A DNA stretch of 64,000 nt from Chiloscyllium plagiosum (Eukaryota), in the NCBI RefSeq assembly GCF_004010195.1, contig NC_057718.1:72990854-73054853 (forward strand). The letters run 5' to 3'. Below are positions 50,880-64,000 of the stretch, piece after piece (position 1 is the first letter of the stretch; each line of letters starts with the position of its first letter). Position numbers and translations under genes: made by a program. The notes beneath the pieces are model-generated. The model searched no databases. It worked only from the letters and a program-made list of their open reading frames with translations, and had not been told where the DNA came from.

Positions 50880-51520
50880 GGATTCACATCTTTTGGATTT
50901 CCACTGATCAGAAGCTGAACTGGACTAGCCGCATTGACATTGTGGCTACAAGAACAAGTTAGAGGCTGGAAACGTTACATCAAGAACTCACCTCTCAACT
51001 TAATGCACAAATCAAGGGTGTGATGGAATACTCTCCACTGAGCTTGAAAATGCACCTCCAACACAAGTATCTAGACAGTTTTCAAGGGAAGCCACCTTAC
51101 ATGATTGGCAACTCATCATCTCTTTCAATATTCACTCCCTTCTTCACTGAAGTACAGTAGCAGCAGAGTGCACCATGTGCAAGATACACTACAATAAACT
51201 TACCAAAGCTCCTGAGACAGCAGCTTCCAAACCTGCAATTTTTGACATTTAGAAGGACAAGATAAATGGAGTACACCACCACCTGCAAGTTCCCCAAGCT
51301 ATAATCATCTGGACTTAGAGCCATATCACCATTTCTTCTGTGAAGACTTTCTGAAAATCTTAGGATTCACTCATTCGAGCAGCAGAGCAAGTGTACCTAC
51401 ACAACACAGACTGCAGCAGTTCAAGGAGACCGCTCACCACTATGCTGAAGGTCATATGGGGATGGATAATACCTGCTAGTCTAGTCAGCCATGCCCAGAT
51501 CCCATAATGGATTAAAAATA
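50880..51520 (+). mobile_element. 3' end of the second CR1/L2-group LINE family
   Basis: DQKLNWTSRIDIVATR; tail ctagtcagccatgcccagatcccataatggattaaaaa. Confidence 0.82.
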
Positions 51521-51597
51521 AGTCAACTAACCACTCAAACCTGGAAATTAAGCCTCCAGAGGCCTGGATCTATTGATGAATCTATTTTTGAAGTACA

Positions 51598-54500
51598 GGA
51601 ACATAGAAAGTAGATGGAGTTGGCTATTCGGCCCTTCAAAGTCCTGTGTAATCATTCAATATGACCATGGCTAATCATGCAATCTCAGCATCTCATTCCC
51701 GCTTTCTCTCCATAACCCTTGATCCTTTAGCTGCAGGGGCCATGTCCAGCTCCCTCTTCAATAAATCTAATGAAACGGGCCCCAACAGCTTCCTGTGGGA
51801 GAGACTTCACAACCGAGTGATGAAATTTTCCTCATCAGTCCTGAATGGCTTACCTTTTATTCTTAGATTGTCACCCCTCGTTCTGGATTTCCCCAATGTC
51901 AGGAACATCCTTCCAGCATCTAGTCTGTCCAGTCCCATCAGGATTTTATATGTTTCTTTGAGATTCCCTCCTCATTCTTCTAAATTCTAGTGAACACAAG
52001 CCCAGTCAATCCAGACTTTCCTTACATGTCCTGCCATCCTGGGAATCAGTCTGATGAACCTTTGCTGGACTCTCATTAGCAAGAATCTACTTCCTCAGAT
52101 TAGGAGACCAAAACAGCACACAATACTCAAGGTGTGGCCCCACTAAGGCCCTGTATAACTGCAGCACAACATCCTGATTCTGACACTCAATTCCTCTTGC
52201 TATGAAAGCCAGCAGATCATAAAATCCCCAGTGTGGAACAGGTCATTTGGCCCAACAATTCCACACAGACCCATTCCTCTATTACTCTACATTTACCCCT
52301 GACTAATGCATTTATCTTACATATCCCTGAACCCCACTATGGGCAATTTAGCATGGCCAATTCACCTAAACTACATATCTTTGGATTGTGGGAGGAAACC
52401 AGCAGACAGGGGGAGAATGTGCAAACTCCCTACAGAGACACAGTAGCCTGAGGCTAGAATCTAACCTGGGTCCCTGGTGCTGTGAGGCAGCAGTGCTAAC
52501 CACTGAGCCACTATACGTCATTAGTTTTCTTCACCGCCTGCTACACCTGCATGACAACCTTCAGTGACTGTTCGACCGTAACACCCAGGTCTTGTTGCAC
52601 CTCACATTTTCCTAAAATGCCACCATTCAGATAATCTGCCTTCCTGTTTTTGCAACCAAAGTGGATAAACTCACATTATAATGCATTTGTCAAGTATTTG
52701 CTCACTCGACCAGTCTAAGTCACCCTGCAGCCTCTTAGTATTCTCCTCAGGATGCTCACTGCCACTAGCTGAGTGTCATCTGCAAAGATGGAGATATAGC
52801 GTTCAATTCCTTTGTCCAAATAGTTAATGCATATTGTGAGCAGCTGGGGTCCCAGCACTGAACCCCACAGCACCCCACTAATCACTGCCTGCTACTCTGA
52901 AAAGGAGTTTATTCCAACTCTAATTCCTATTTGCCAACCAGTCCTCACCCATATCAATACATTACCTCCCATACCATGAACTTTAAATTTTCCTTACTAA
53001 GCTCACCTTTTGTCAAAAACCTTTTGAAAGTCCAGGTTCACAACAGCCACTGATTCATCCTTGCCCACTCTACTGGTCACATCCTCAAAAAAAAATGCCA
53101 GAAGATTTGTCAAGTATGACTTCCCTTTCGTGATTCCACCTGACTTGAACAAATTCTGTCAGCGCTTTCCTAATGCTCAATTATTACATGCTTAATAATT
53201 AAGGCCAGCTTTTTCTCCATCACCAAAGCCAGGCTAACTGGCCTAGAATTCCCTATTTTCTCTCGCTCTCCCTCCTTTTTTGTAAAAGAAAAGTGGGGTT
53301 GCATTAGCTACCTCCTGTATATTGGAGCTCTACGAGAATTAACAAGATATTGGAAAATGATCACCAATCTGTCCGCTCTTTGTAGGGCAACTTCCTTAAG
53401 TACTCTGGGATGCAGAATATCAGGCACTGGACTTGTTGGATTTTAACCACATCAGTATCCCCAAAACCATTGTCTGACTAAGGATTTCCTTCAGTTCCTC
53501 TTTCATGCTTGACCCGCTGTCCCCTAGCATTTCCCGACTGTGTCCTTCCTCCTCAGGTGAAGACCGATCAGAGTATTTGTTCAACTGGTCTGCCATCTTC
53601 TTTGTTGTCCATTATGAAGTCACTGGATTGTAATTGTAAGAGACCTATATTTGTCCTCACCAGTCTCTTCACAAATCAATAGAAGCTTTTGCAGTCAGTT
53701 ATATTTTCCACAAGCTTACTATCATATCCTATTTTCCCCTTTCTGAATTAAACCATTTGTTCTCCTCTGCTGAATTTTAAACTTCTCCCAGTCCTCCCCT
53801 TTACTGATTTTTCTGGCAATTTATATACTTCCTCTTTGGCTTATACACTATCCCTGATTTCCCTTGCTAGCAGTGATTGAACCACCTTCCCCGTTTTACT
53901 CTTACACTAGGTAGAGATGTACAATTATTAGAAGCTCATCCATGTGTTCTTTAAACGTCTGCCATTGCCTATCCACTGTCAAACCCTTATATACCTGTGG
54001 CCAGCTTATCCTAGCCAGCCCATGCTTCAGACAAACATTAGCTTTCTTTAAGCTCAGGACCATGATTTCAGATTTAATTGGATTACTCTCCATCTTAAAT
54101 GGAGAATTCTACCATATCATGGTCATTCTTCCCTAAAAGATTTTGCACCACAATATTGTTAATCTTTTCTCATTAGACAATACCCAATCGAGGATGGCTT
54201 GCTCTCTAGTCAGTTCCTAGACATATTGGTAGAGGTAACCATCCCTTACACATTCCAGCAAATACTCCTCCATCACACTGCTACCAGTTTGATTAGTCCA
54301 AATCAATATGCAGGTTGAAGTTACCCATAATGTAACTGCTGTACCCTTATAGCATACACTTCTAAATCTCCTGTTTGATACAATCTCTAAACTCACAATT
54401 ACTGTTGCTCGGCGACCTGTACACAACTCCACTAATGTCTTATTTCCTTCGGTATTTCACAGCTCCACTCAGATGCCAAATCCCTCCAGGCTAACACTCC

Positions 54501-55720
54501 TTAACTAGCAACGCTACCCCACCTCCCTGTCTAGCTTTCCTAAAAATTTAATAATCCCGATCATAGAGTTCTCATCCTGGGTCACCCTGGAGCCAGATCT
54601 CCATGATCCCAATTACATCATTTCCATTAATAACTGTGCAGTTAATTCATCCACGTTATTACAAATGCTCCTCGCATTGAGACAACCTTCAAGCTCAATT
54701 TTCTTGCCATTTTTGAATCATGGTGCAATGGGGCCTTTGATTTGTGTCTTTGGTTTCTCTCCCTTCTATTTTCACTCTTCCCCTTGCTATCTTTAGTTTC
54801 TGTCGCCACTTTACTTCCTGCAAAGATCCCCATTCCCCTGCTATATTAATTTAAACCCTCCCAACAGTATGAGCAAACGCTCCCTTGAGACATTGGTTCC
54901 AGTCCTACCCAGGTACAGACTGTCTGGTTTGTAGTGGTCCGACCTCACGCAGAACTGGTTCCAGCAATTTGAATCCCTCCCATTTGCACTATTCTTCAAG
55001 CCACATATTCATCTTTGCTATCCTGCTATTCTTACTTTAACGCATGATATTGGTAGCAATCCAGAATTACTACCTTTGAAATTTTAGTTTTACTCCTAAC
55101 TCCCTAAATTCAGCTAGTAGAACCTCATCCTTTTTTTTAAAAAATATATCATCGGTGCCCATATGCATTATGACAACTGGCTGTTCACACTCCCCCTCCA
55201 GAATGTCCTTCAGCTACTCAGACATCCTTGATTCTTGCACCATGGATGCAACATACCATTCTGGACCACCGCTTGATTCCAGAGACACACCTGTCTATTC
55301 CCCCTACAAATGAATCTACTATCACTTAGTTTGCCACTATTTTTTCTGCCCTCCTGTGAGGAGAGCCAGTCATGAACATGGTTCCTGCTGCCTGCCTGCA
55401 ACTGGTGAGCCATCTCTCCCAAAAGTATCCTCAGAAAATTGCCTGATCTTAAACCAGTGAACAATCCACTCTGCTACTTGTACTCTTCAGTCTTTGACCT
55501 ACCTTTTGACTAATAAAGGTGCATCTCAATAAAGAGGTCCCCTGTACTACTTTTCTGCTTTTCTACCTTCCAACTTTTCTTCTGTCTGCTGGTCACCCAT
55601 TCCCTATCTTCCTCAGTAATTTTTATCTGCGCTGCAACCGACTTAGTGAAGGTGCTATCCACAATTCCCTCAGCTTCACGGACATACCAATGCAAATCCA
55701 GCCACAGCTCCAAGGCTGTC
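51598..55720 (-). mobile_element. Near-full-length decayed CR1 LINE (ORF1 and ORF2)
   Basis: ORF1-like ALELWLDLHWYVREAEGIVDSTF and PWCKNQG (CLPGA region); EN and RT remnants; 3' tail at about 51600. Confidence 0.88.
52215..52512 (-). mobile_element. Older HE1-like V-SINE
   Basis: gggcaatttagcatggccaattcacc...gcagcagtgctaaccactgagcc. Confidence 0.9.
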
Positions 55721-55764
55721 AAGTAGTTAAAGAGGGAAGTACTACCAGAGGCAGTTGTTCCTAC

Positions 55765-56260
55765 AAGTCATTAGAAAAATGTGTAGTGACAACAGGCCAG
55801 TGGGCAGCCAATAATGCCCAAATTTAAAAAGGAGGACAGAATAGAGGGAATTGCAGATCAAGAGAGATTTACAGAGGTGAAAAAAGAGAAATCTTACTCT
55901 AAGAGACAATAGAACATCTACAAATCAGAAATATAATGATGAATAGTTAACATGGATTGCAATCAACATTAGAGCTTTTCTGAGATAGTAACAAGTAGAC
56001 AATGAGAGTGTAATACAAGACGGTTTATCGGGATATTCACAAAGCTTTTTATTAAGATGCACCTTATTAGTCAAAAGATAGGTCAAAGTCTGCAGAAAGG
56101 ATTGTTCACTGGTTTAAGACAGAAAGGGCAATTTTCAGAATGGAAAGAGATGGGAAATGACATCCCACAGGGTCTATGCTGGAACCACTGCTGATCAAAA
56201 TTTACATGGACTTCAGATCAAAAAGCACAATCTCCATGTGTGGATGACATTCAATTAACA
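55765..56260 (+). mobile_element. Very old CR1 RT remnant
   Basis: gccaataatgcccaaatttaaaaagg; cccacagggtctatgctggaacc (PQGSMLEP); gtggatgac. Confidence 0.55.
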
Positions 56261-56287
56261 TCAAGGGAGTTTACACCAAGAGCAGTA

Positions 56288-56436
56288 TAGAGGCACATAG
56301 TTAGCACTGCTGTCTCAGGGCCAGAGACCCAGGTTTGATTTTAGCCTTCTGTGACTATCTATGTGGAGTTTGCAAGTTCTCCCAGTGTCTGTGTGGGGGT
56401 ACTCTGGTTCTTTCCCCATGCTCCAAAGATGTGCAC
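56288..56436 (+). mobile_element. Old partial V-SINE
   Basis: ttagcactgctg...gagacccaggtttgatt...tgtggagtttgca...ccaaagatgtgc. Confidence 0.85.
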
Positions 56437-57187
56437 ATTATGTGGGCAGAGAAATAAACTGCTTTGTCTCTAAATACAAGTCAAGACACAAATCCAGCCA
56501 AACCTTGTAAAGGTCATTCAAGTGCTGCCCCGACACTTCGTGACTATTATTATTATGGTTTAGAAGTGAAAACAAATTCCTGGCTGTTATTATTTCCCTT
56601 TTGTAATAGTATCTGGTCAGCTTTTGACAGCATTTCCATTCAAATAATGACAATTTTAAAATAAGTTTGTTCTTTTTATACTTTTTTGCAAGATGAACAA
56701 AATATCTTTGACTTTAATGTTGTATGTGTAGTTGATGTGTAAGCTAGCATTTAATAAGATACAGTGATGTAGATTCTTTGTAAAATTGAAGATAAAACTA
56801 TTTGTAAGATGAAGTGCAATGATTCCCAACTAATAACACATGATGTCTTTGTCACTAGAGCTAAGCACATATCTTCATATGGCAAAGAAAAGGTAAGTTT
56901 GACCATATAATTCATATTATGGTTCCAAACAGTATTTTATGACCGCATATTTTTCCCCCAAATGATTGTGCATGCATTTGTAAGATCACTGGAGGGCACA
57001 ATATGAAGAAAATTGGGATTGAAAAGATATTTTTTGCGAAACTGAAGAATCAAAACTCTTGCCTGTCTATTGCAATTTGATGGGTCGAATTTTGATCTTG
57101 TCACATTACTGCTGTATCCCAGTACCAAAGTGCTCAAATATATCAATCACTACCCATTGCACTACAGATTAGTGATCTTACAACATA

Positions 57188-57795
57188 GCGGTGAACTCTT
57201 CTGCTAATTAAACCAAACACACAAAAGATCACCTCGCCTCCTAATCTGTTCAATATGAGTGACAGAGAACTCCCAACTTCCACTATTTAAAGAAAAAAAA
57301 AAATCAAATTTATTCCTTAACTCTAAAAGTTAACATTAAGCAACAACTATTTACACTGCTAAGCCTCCTTTCTCCTGACTGCTTGTTATCTGCTTCCATC
57401 TTCTGTTCCAATATCAGACCACATTACAATTACATCAACTTAGTTTTCAAAACCAGGCAGCAGTGGTAGTCTCCGGTGTCCTCCTTCTCTGGGTGTAGAT
57501 CTCAGAGTCATCTTCGTAATTTTGTGCAAAGGTGTTTCATATAAAAAAAAGGTACCTTTGATAGAGTGTTTTGAATGGCAGTCTCTCTAGACGGCAGTTT
57601 ACTCTCTCTAGCTAACTCTCAAAATGCTTCTTTACAAACCGGCTTCTTTTTACCCCAAATATCTGATCATCTCATTGGTCTGATGCTGTCAAAATATTAC
57701 ATTCAAATTAGATTAGGTTTTAGCATCTTGGGGCATAATTTAAACTGATTAAATTCGAACTGCTGTGAAAACATAGCAAACCAAATTCAGGTATG
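57188..57795 (-). mobile_element. Gypsy-type LTR (partial)
   Basis: Adjacent to a minus-strand Gypsy RT; AATAAA on the minus strand at 57309-57314; homologous to 42775-43075. Confidence 0.65.
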
Positions 57796-58470
57796 GCCTC
57801 CATTGGCCTTTGTCTTTGCGTTCAATGCAGAATGGGGAATCAAATCCAGATGACGTCGAGTTTCATGTGCCTCAAAATGTATAAATAATTAATTCCTTAA
57901 GGAGTGGTGTAGGTTAGTGAGCTGAAAAAAGTTTGTTGAAAGGTTTGTGCTCGGAAGGAGGTCGACCTTCCGATGTCCCAAGGATGTCACCTCTGCTTTT
58001 GCAAATTCTGTTTTATTAAAAGTTTTCCTTCTTGTAATCAAAGAGCTCTGCCAACTGTACAATGATCTTTCCATGACTCACTAAAGACCACTACATCGTC
58101 CAGATAGACTGCACACAGCTTGTTAACCCAGCCATAACTCTGTTCATGCATCTCTGGAATGTGGCGAGTGCGTTCTTCATTCCAAGGGCAAGGAGCAACA
58201 CTTTAAACCGATATAGCCCAATTGGGGTTATAAATAAATGCAGAAAGCTCTTCCACTTTCTCTGATAAAAGATACCTATCAATAACCACGGAGTAAGTCA
58301 AACGTTGCAACGTTACTGGTTTGTCCAACTTTCTCTGTACAGTATTCCAATTGTGGTAACGGGTAGGACTCTGAATTTGTTAGAGCGTTGACCTTCCAAC
58401 AGTCCACAGAAAATTGTTGAGTCCCGTCAGGTTTGGATACTAACACGAGGTGCATGGGAGAAGGATTCAC
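57796..58470 (-). mobile_element. Gypsy reverse transcriptase remnant
   Basis: VLVSKPDGTQQFSVDCWKVNA, FDLLRGY, GMKNALATFQRCMNRV, YLDDVV, EFAKAEVTSLGH. Confidence 0.92.
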
Positions 58471-58611
58471 ATTTTTGGATTATTGGAAGCTGTTTTGGGG
58501 TAGAAGTGACATGTACTAGGACAGATTACACTTGGAAGGGGACTAATATACTGGCAGGGAGATCTGCTAGAGCTGTTCAACAGGATTTAGACTCGTAAGG
58601 TGTGGGGGGAC

Positions 58612-59091
58612 TGTGGTGAAAGGGTTAAAATTGTGTCCCAATACATGTGTGAATCTAACCGAAAATGGAAGGTGTCGCTTAGTCCCGTGTGAATCTTATT
58701 ACACACCTTCCCGTGTGAATCTTCTTATCTGTATGTGACCAGAATGGAATGTGTTTTTCAGCCTTGCTCTGCTGTTCACATGAATGTTTAGATCTCGAAA
58801 AGAGTTTATCAGCTGGAAAAGTCTCCAGTTCGGTAGAGTCTGCTCCGGGGTTGCGTTTAACCGCCGAGCGTGGGTTGTTGGCAACCGCTCTACGAGAACT
58901 GACGGCTCCCAGTTCCGGTAACACGTAGAGTGAGTATAAACCAGACCCGTTGTAAGTACGAGACCTGGTTGTGGCGACGCTGCGGGGAATAAAACACTTA
59001 TATTCTAGCAGACTCGCCTCTTGGCTGTTTGTTCTGTGTCAGACTACTTTCCTGCGAGCCTGGTCCTTGACCTTGAGAATTTTTTAAAACA
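58612..59091 (+). mobile_element. Solo LTR, 480 bp, 5-bp TSD GGGAC
   Basis: gggac|TGT...ACA|gggac; TATAAA at 58935-58940; AATAAA at 58988-58993; CpG-rich. Confidence 0.9.
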
Positions 59092-59956
59092 GGGACCCAG
59101 GGAGATAGTGAGGAAAGAGATTAGAGACTGGTACTGTTGAGAAAAGAAACAACTCAAACAGGCAGGGACAAGGCATAGAACAAGGTAGGACTGATAAATC
59201 AATCTGCATTTATTTTAATGCAGGAGGCCTAACAGGGAAGACAGATGAACTCAGGGCATGGGTAGGAATATGGGACTGGGATATCATAGCAATTACAGAA
59301 ACATGGTGCAGGGATGGACAGGACTGACGCTTAATGTTCCAGGATACAAATGCTATAGCAAGGATACAAAGGGAGGCAAGAGGGAGGGAGAGAGACTGGC
59401 GTTTTTGATAAGCGATAGCATTACAGCTGTAATGAGAGGGGATAATCCCTGAAATACATCCGGGAAAGTTACTGGATGGAACTGAGAAATATGAAAGAGG
59501 GATGCTCACTTTATTGGGATTGTATTATAGACCCCCTAATAGTCAGAGGGAAATTCAGAAACAAATTTGGAAGGAGATCAGTGATCTCTAAGAATAATAG
59601 GGTGGTTATAGTAGGGGATTTCAACTTTCCAAACATAGACTGGAACGACCGGTGTTAAAGGCTTAGTTGGAGAGGAATACATTGAGCGTGTACAAGAAAA
59701 TTCTCTAATTCAGTACGTGGATGTATCGACGAGTAAAGGTGCAAAACTTGACCTACTCTTGGGAAATAAGACAGGGTAGGTGACTGGGGTGTCAGTGGGG
59801 GAAGCATATTGGGGCCAGCGACCATAATTCAATTAGTTTTAAAAATAGAAACAGAAAAAAGATAGACCAGATCTAAAAGTTGAAGTTCTAAATTGGAGAA
59901 AGGGCAATTTGGAGGAATTAGGCAAGAACTTCAAGGAACTGACTGGGGGCACATAC

Positions 59957-60281
59957 TTAGATTAGATTAGATTAGATTAGATTACAGTGTGGAAACAGGC
60001 CCTTCGGCCCAACAAGTCCACACCGACCCGCCGAAGCGAAACCCACCCATACCCCTACGTTTACCCTTTATCTAACACTACGGGCAATTTAGTATGGCCA
60101 ATTCACCTGACCCTGCACATCTTTTGGACTGTGGGAGGAAACCGGAGCACCCGGAGGAAACCCACGCAGACACGGGGAGAACGTGCAAACTCCACACAGT
60201 CAGTCGCCTGAGGCGGGAATTGAACCCGGGTCTCTGGCGCTGTGAGGCAGCAGTGCTAACCACTGTGCCACCGTGCCGCCC
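59957..60281 (-). mobile_element. Young full-length HE1-like V-SINE
   Basis: Full architecture with (TCTAA)5 tail. Confidence 0.97.
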
Positions 60282-61921
60282 ACTAATTACTTGCAGGTAA
60301 AAAGGGACGGCTGGAAAATGGGAAGCCTTCATAAGTGAGATAACAAGAATTCAGAGATGGTATATTCCTGTTAGGGTGAAAGCAAAAGGCTGGTAGGTAT
60401 AGGAAATGCTAGATGACTAAAGAAATTGAGAGTTTGGTTAAGAAAAAGGAGGAAGCATATGTCACATATAGATAGGAGAAATTGAAAAAATCCTTCGAAG
60501 AGTATAAAAGGCAGTAGGAGTATACTTGAGGGAGAAATCAGGAAGGCAAAAAGGGGAGAGGAAATACCTTTGGCAAACAAGGTTAAGGAGAATCCAAATA
60601 AAGCTTTTAAGAAATACATTGAGGAGAAAAAGGGTAACTAGGGAGAGAATAGGGTCCAAAGATCAGCAAGGTAGCCTTTGTGTGGAGCTACAGGAAATGG
60701 AGGAAGATGCTAAACGAGTATTTTGCATCAGTGGTTACTGTGGAAAAGGACATGGACAATACAGAATGTCAGGAAACAGATGGTAACATCTTGAAAAAAT
60801 GCCCATATTACAGAGAAAGAAGTGCTGAATGTCTTGAAACACAAAAGTGGATAAATCCCCAGGATCTGATCAAGTGTACTCCTGTGGGAATCTAGGGAAG
60901 TGATTGCTGGGCCTCTTGCTGAGATATCTTTTCCATCAATAGTCACAGGTGAGGTGATGGAAGACTGGAGGTTGGCTAACATGGTGCCACTAATTAAGAA
61001 AGGTGGTAAGGACAAGTCAGGGGACTATGGACCAGTGAGCCTGACGTCAGTGGTAGGCAAGTTGTTGGACAGAATCCTGAGGGACAGGATGTACATGTAT
61101 TTGGAAAGGCAAGGACTGATTACGGATAGTCAACATGGCTTTGTGCGTGGGAAATCACGTCTCACAAACTTGATTGAGTTTTCTGAAATAGTAACAGAGG
61201 ATGGATGAGGCAGAGCAGTAGACTTGATCTATGTGGACTTCAGTAAGGCATTCAACAGGGTTCCTCATTGGAGACTGGTTAGCAAGGTTAGATCACATGG
61301 AATACAGGGAGAACTAGCCATTTGGATACAGAACTGGCTCGAAGGTAGAAGTGGTGGTGAAGGGTTGTTTTTCAGACTGGAGGCTTGTGACCAGTGGAAT
61401 GCCACAAGGATTTTTAGTGGGTCCACTACTTTTCGCCATTTATGTAAATGATTTGCATGTGAACATAGATGGCATAGTTAGTAAGTTTGCAGATGACACC
61501 AAAATTGGAGGTGCAGTGAACAGAGAAGGTTACCTCAGATTACAATGGGTTTTTGATCAGATGGGCCAGTGGGCTGAGATGTGGCAGATGGAGTTTAGTT
61601 TAGATAAATGCAAGGTGCTGCATTTTGGGAAAGCAGTAAAGTCCTAGGGAGTGTGACTGAACAAAGAGACCTTGGAGTGCAGATTCAGTAGAGTCACAGG
61701 TAGATAGAAGAGTGAAGAATGAGTTTGGTATGCTTTCCTTTATTGGTCAGAGTATTGAGTATCAGGGTTGGCAGGTCATATTGCGGCTGCACAGAATATT
61801 GGTTAGGCCACTGTTGGGATAGTGTGTGCAATTCTGGTCTCCTTCCTATTGGAAGGATGTTGTGAAACTTGAAACAGTTCAGAAAAGGTTTACATGAATG
61901 TTGCCAGGGTTGGAGGATTTT

Positions 61922-62025
<104 letters not shown>

Positions 62026-62437
62026 AATAGGTTAGGGCAGTTTTCCTCAGAGTGCCAGAGGCATGACCTTAGAGGTTCATAACATCACGAGGGGTATGGA
62101 TAGGGTCAATAGACAAGGTCTTTTCCCTGGAGGTATCCAGAATTAAAGGCAAAAGTTTAGGGGGAGTGAGGAAGAAGGGAAAGATATAAAATAGACCTAA
62201 GGGGCAAATTTTTCATGTAGAGGGTGGTACACATGTGGAACGGGTTGCCAGAGGAAGTGGTGGAGCCTAGTACAATAACAATATTTAAAAGGCATCGGGA
62301 CGGGTATCTGAATAGGAAGGGTTGATAGGGATATGAGCTGGATGCTGGCAGGTGGGACTAGATGGAGTTGGGATATCAGGTCAGCATGGATGAGTTGGAC
62401 CGAAGGGTCTGTTTCCATGCTGTACATCTCTATGACT

Positions 62438-64000
62438 CGATGTTGCCAACTCCTGCATTTAGAGTCAAAGGTGCTGGTTGTATTACTGCCTGCGGCTTAC
62501 TTACTATTTGGCATGTATGACATGTACGGCAAACATTAACCACATCCTTGTGCATTCCAGGCCAACTTTTGTACCTTAGCCTGAGTTTTCCTTACACCTC
62601 TGTGACCTCCTACTGGTAGTTCATGTGCTACCCATAACACTTCCAGTCTGTATGCTACCTGCAACACAAATCGGTTGCATTTCTGCCCATTTCTCCTCTG
62701 CATGAACCTGCCGTGGTCTCCATTTTCATCTGGGATTCTATCTTTAAAAGATAATAACCTTCAGGAATGTTCTAATTTCTTTTCTGAGTATGCAACACAC
62801 ATCTTTTATGGTCTAGTCTTTCTGTTGCAAGCCTTTAGCCTTTCAGGACTAAACACTTCTGCCTGACCCTCTGCCTGTCCAGGCTTTCCATGCACCATTA
62901 CATCAGACAGGGTGTCTGCTAACTGAACCTCAACTCTTTCATCTTTCTCTTTCGTTTTTACTTCATGCTGAGACTTATGATAGTGGGATCTTGTTACTAC
63001 ACAGTCTGGGACAATTCTAGGGTATTTTTCTTTTAACTCAGCTCCCTAGTCTTCCTTTGGCTTCTCCACAAGGAGCATCACTCCCACCTTTGATCCTGCT
63101 AAATTGTTCCCACCAAATTGTATTCCTGGAACGGACACTCTCAATCACTCCCACTGTTACTCCTCCACTCTTGAGTTGGCCCTCCAACCTGACCTTACAT
63201 AGGCAAACACTAAACTTCTCTCATCTATTCCCCAAATTACCACTCTCTCGGGTAATAGGTTAGAAAGAGTGCAATTATGTTCATCTCTTACTATTAGACA
63301 CTGGTTAGATCCTGTATCTCAAAATTATAGCTTCTTTCCATTTTCTTCCAGTTCTCTCTCAGGGAACTTTACCCAGAGGCGAATTCTTTATAGAGATCAG
63401 GCACTAACTCCATACCCAGCCCGTGCCTAGACTGTGCACTCTCATACAGCTCAACTTTTCTTGGGGTTTCCTTTGTTAGCTTTACTAATGCCACTGGTTT
63501 AGTTTCTTTTCCCACAGTGCCTTTCTTTAAACAAAAACCAGCACTTTGATTTTACATGCCCCACTTTCTGGCAGTGAAAACACTTTTTCCCAGTGCCTTT
63601 CTTAAGCCACCGGCACTAATTTTCTGCATCCCATTCCATTACAGTGAAAACAGATGCCTTTCATCTCCTTTCCACCCGATTGGGCTTCTTTGAAATCGGT
63701 GGTGAAAAATTACCAGTGCGCTCTGTTTTGTAGGGTAGGATCTCCCCTTCTCCCCAATTTCTATCCCTCATGGGATGAAATTTTTGCAGGAAGCTAAAAA
63801 CTTGATCTGATGCACCAATGGATATTTATCTGCCATCTCTGCTGCCTTTCTCACTTTTTGAACTTTGCGTTCATCCACATGAATTCTGATCATCTCTGGA
63901 AGTGAGTTTTTAAAACTCCTCCAGCAGAATAATCTCTTGGAGATTGGTCTTATCTTTTTTTTTAAAAAAGGACCACCTCCACCATCTATCAAAATTACTG
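62438..64000 (-). mobile_element. Gmr1-like Gypsy element: gag (SCAN-like, two CCHC), protease, integrase HHCC; decayed
   Basis: FKNSLPEMIRIHVDERKVQKVRKAAEMADKY; CFHCQKVGHVKSKC at 63541-63582; DTGS near 63310; HELPVGGHRG...WPGMHKDV..VCRTCHTCQ at about 62508-62630. Confidence 0.88.

Overview
Eukaryotic, repeat-dense vertebrate DNA, almost certainly from a shark. This is inferred from the HE1-type V-SINEs with (TCTAA)n tails and their partner CR1 LINEs. The only host coding sequence I can support is two minus-strand exons of ZNF292: a 79-nt exon at 33974-34052 and a 136-nt exon at 9169-9304. They splice in frame to SCTELLLCLPDEVPGTLWEQFQVCVQ|AAHKILSEYGNLELQMLSVLAQEGSIWKSSVLESIFFQQPMEQEK and correspond to human exons 3 and 4, so the rest of the window is intronic (parts of introns 2 and 4, all of the 24.7-kb intron 3). 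The introns hold nested, decayed retroelements: many CR1 LINEs, about 14 SINE copies, several Penelope-like elements (PLEs) and a Gypsy element with the unusual Gmr1-type gag-PR-IN-RT order. There is also a young CpG-rich solo LTR with a 5-bp TSD, a Tigger/pogo-type MITE, L1 and Rex/Babar 3' ends, microsatellites and one 217-N gap. The most notable signals are fold-back PLE-derived elements carrying minimal hammerhead-ribozyme motifs in both polarities, loss of the hammerhead core in every copy that lies sense to ZNF292, a tight inverted SINE pair and a locally templated inverted insertion. Repeat boundaries are approximate unless TSDs are quoted.
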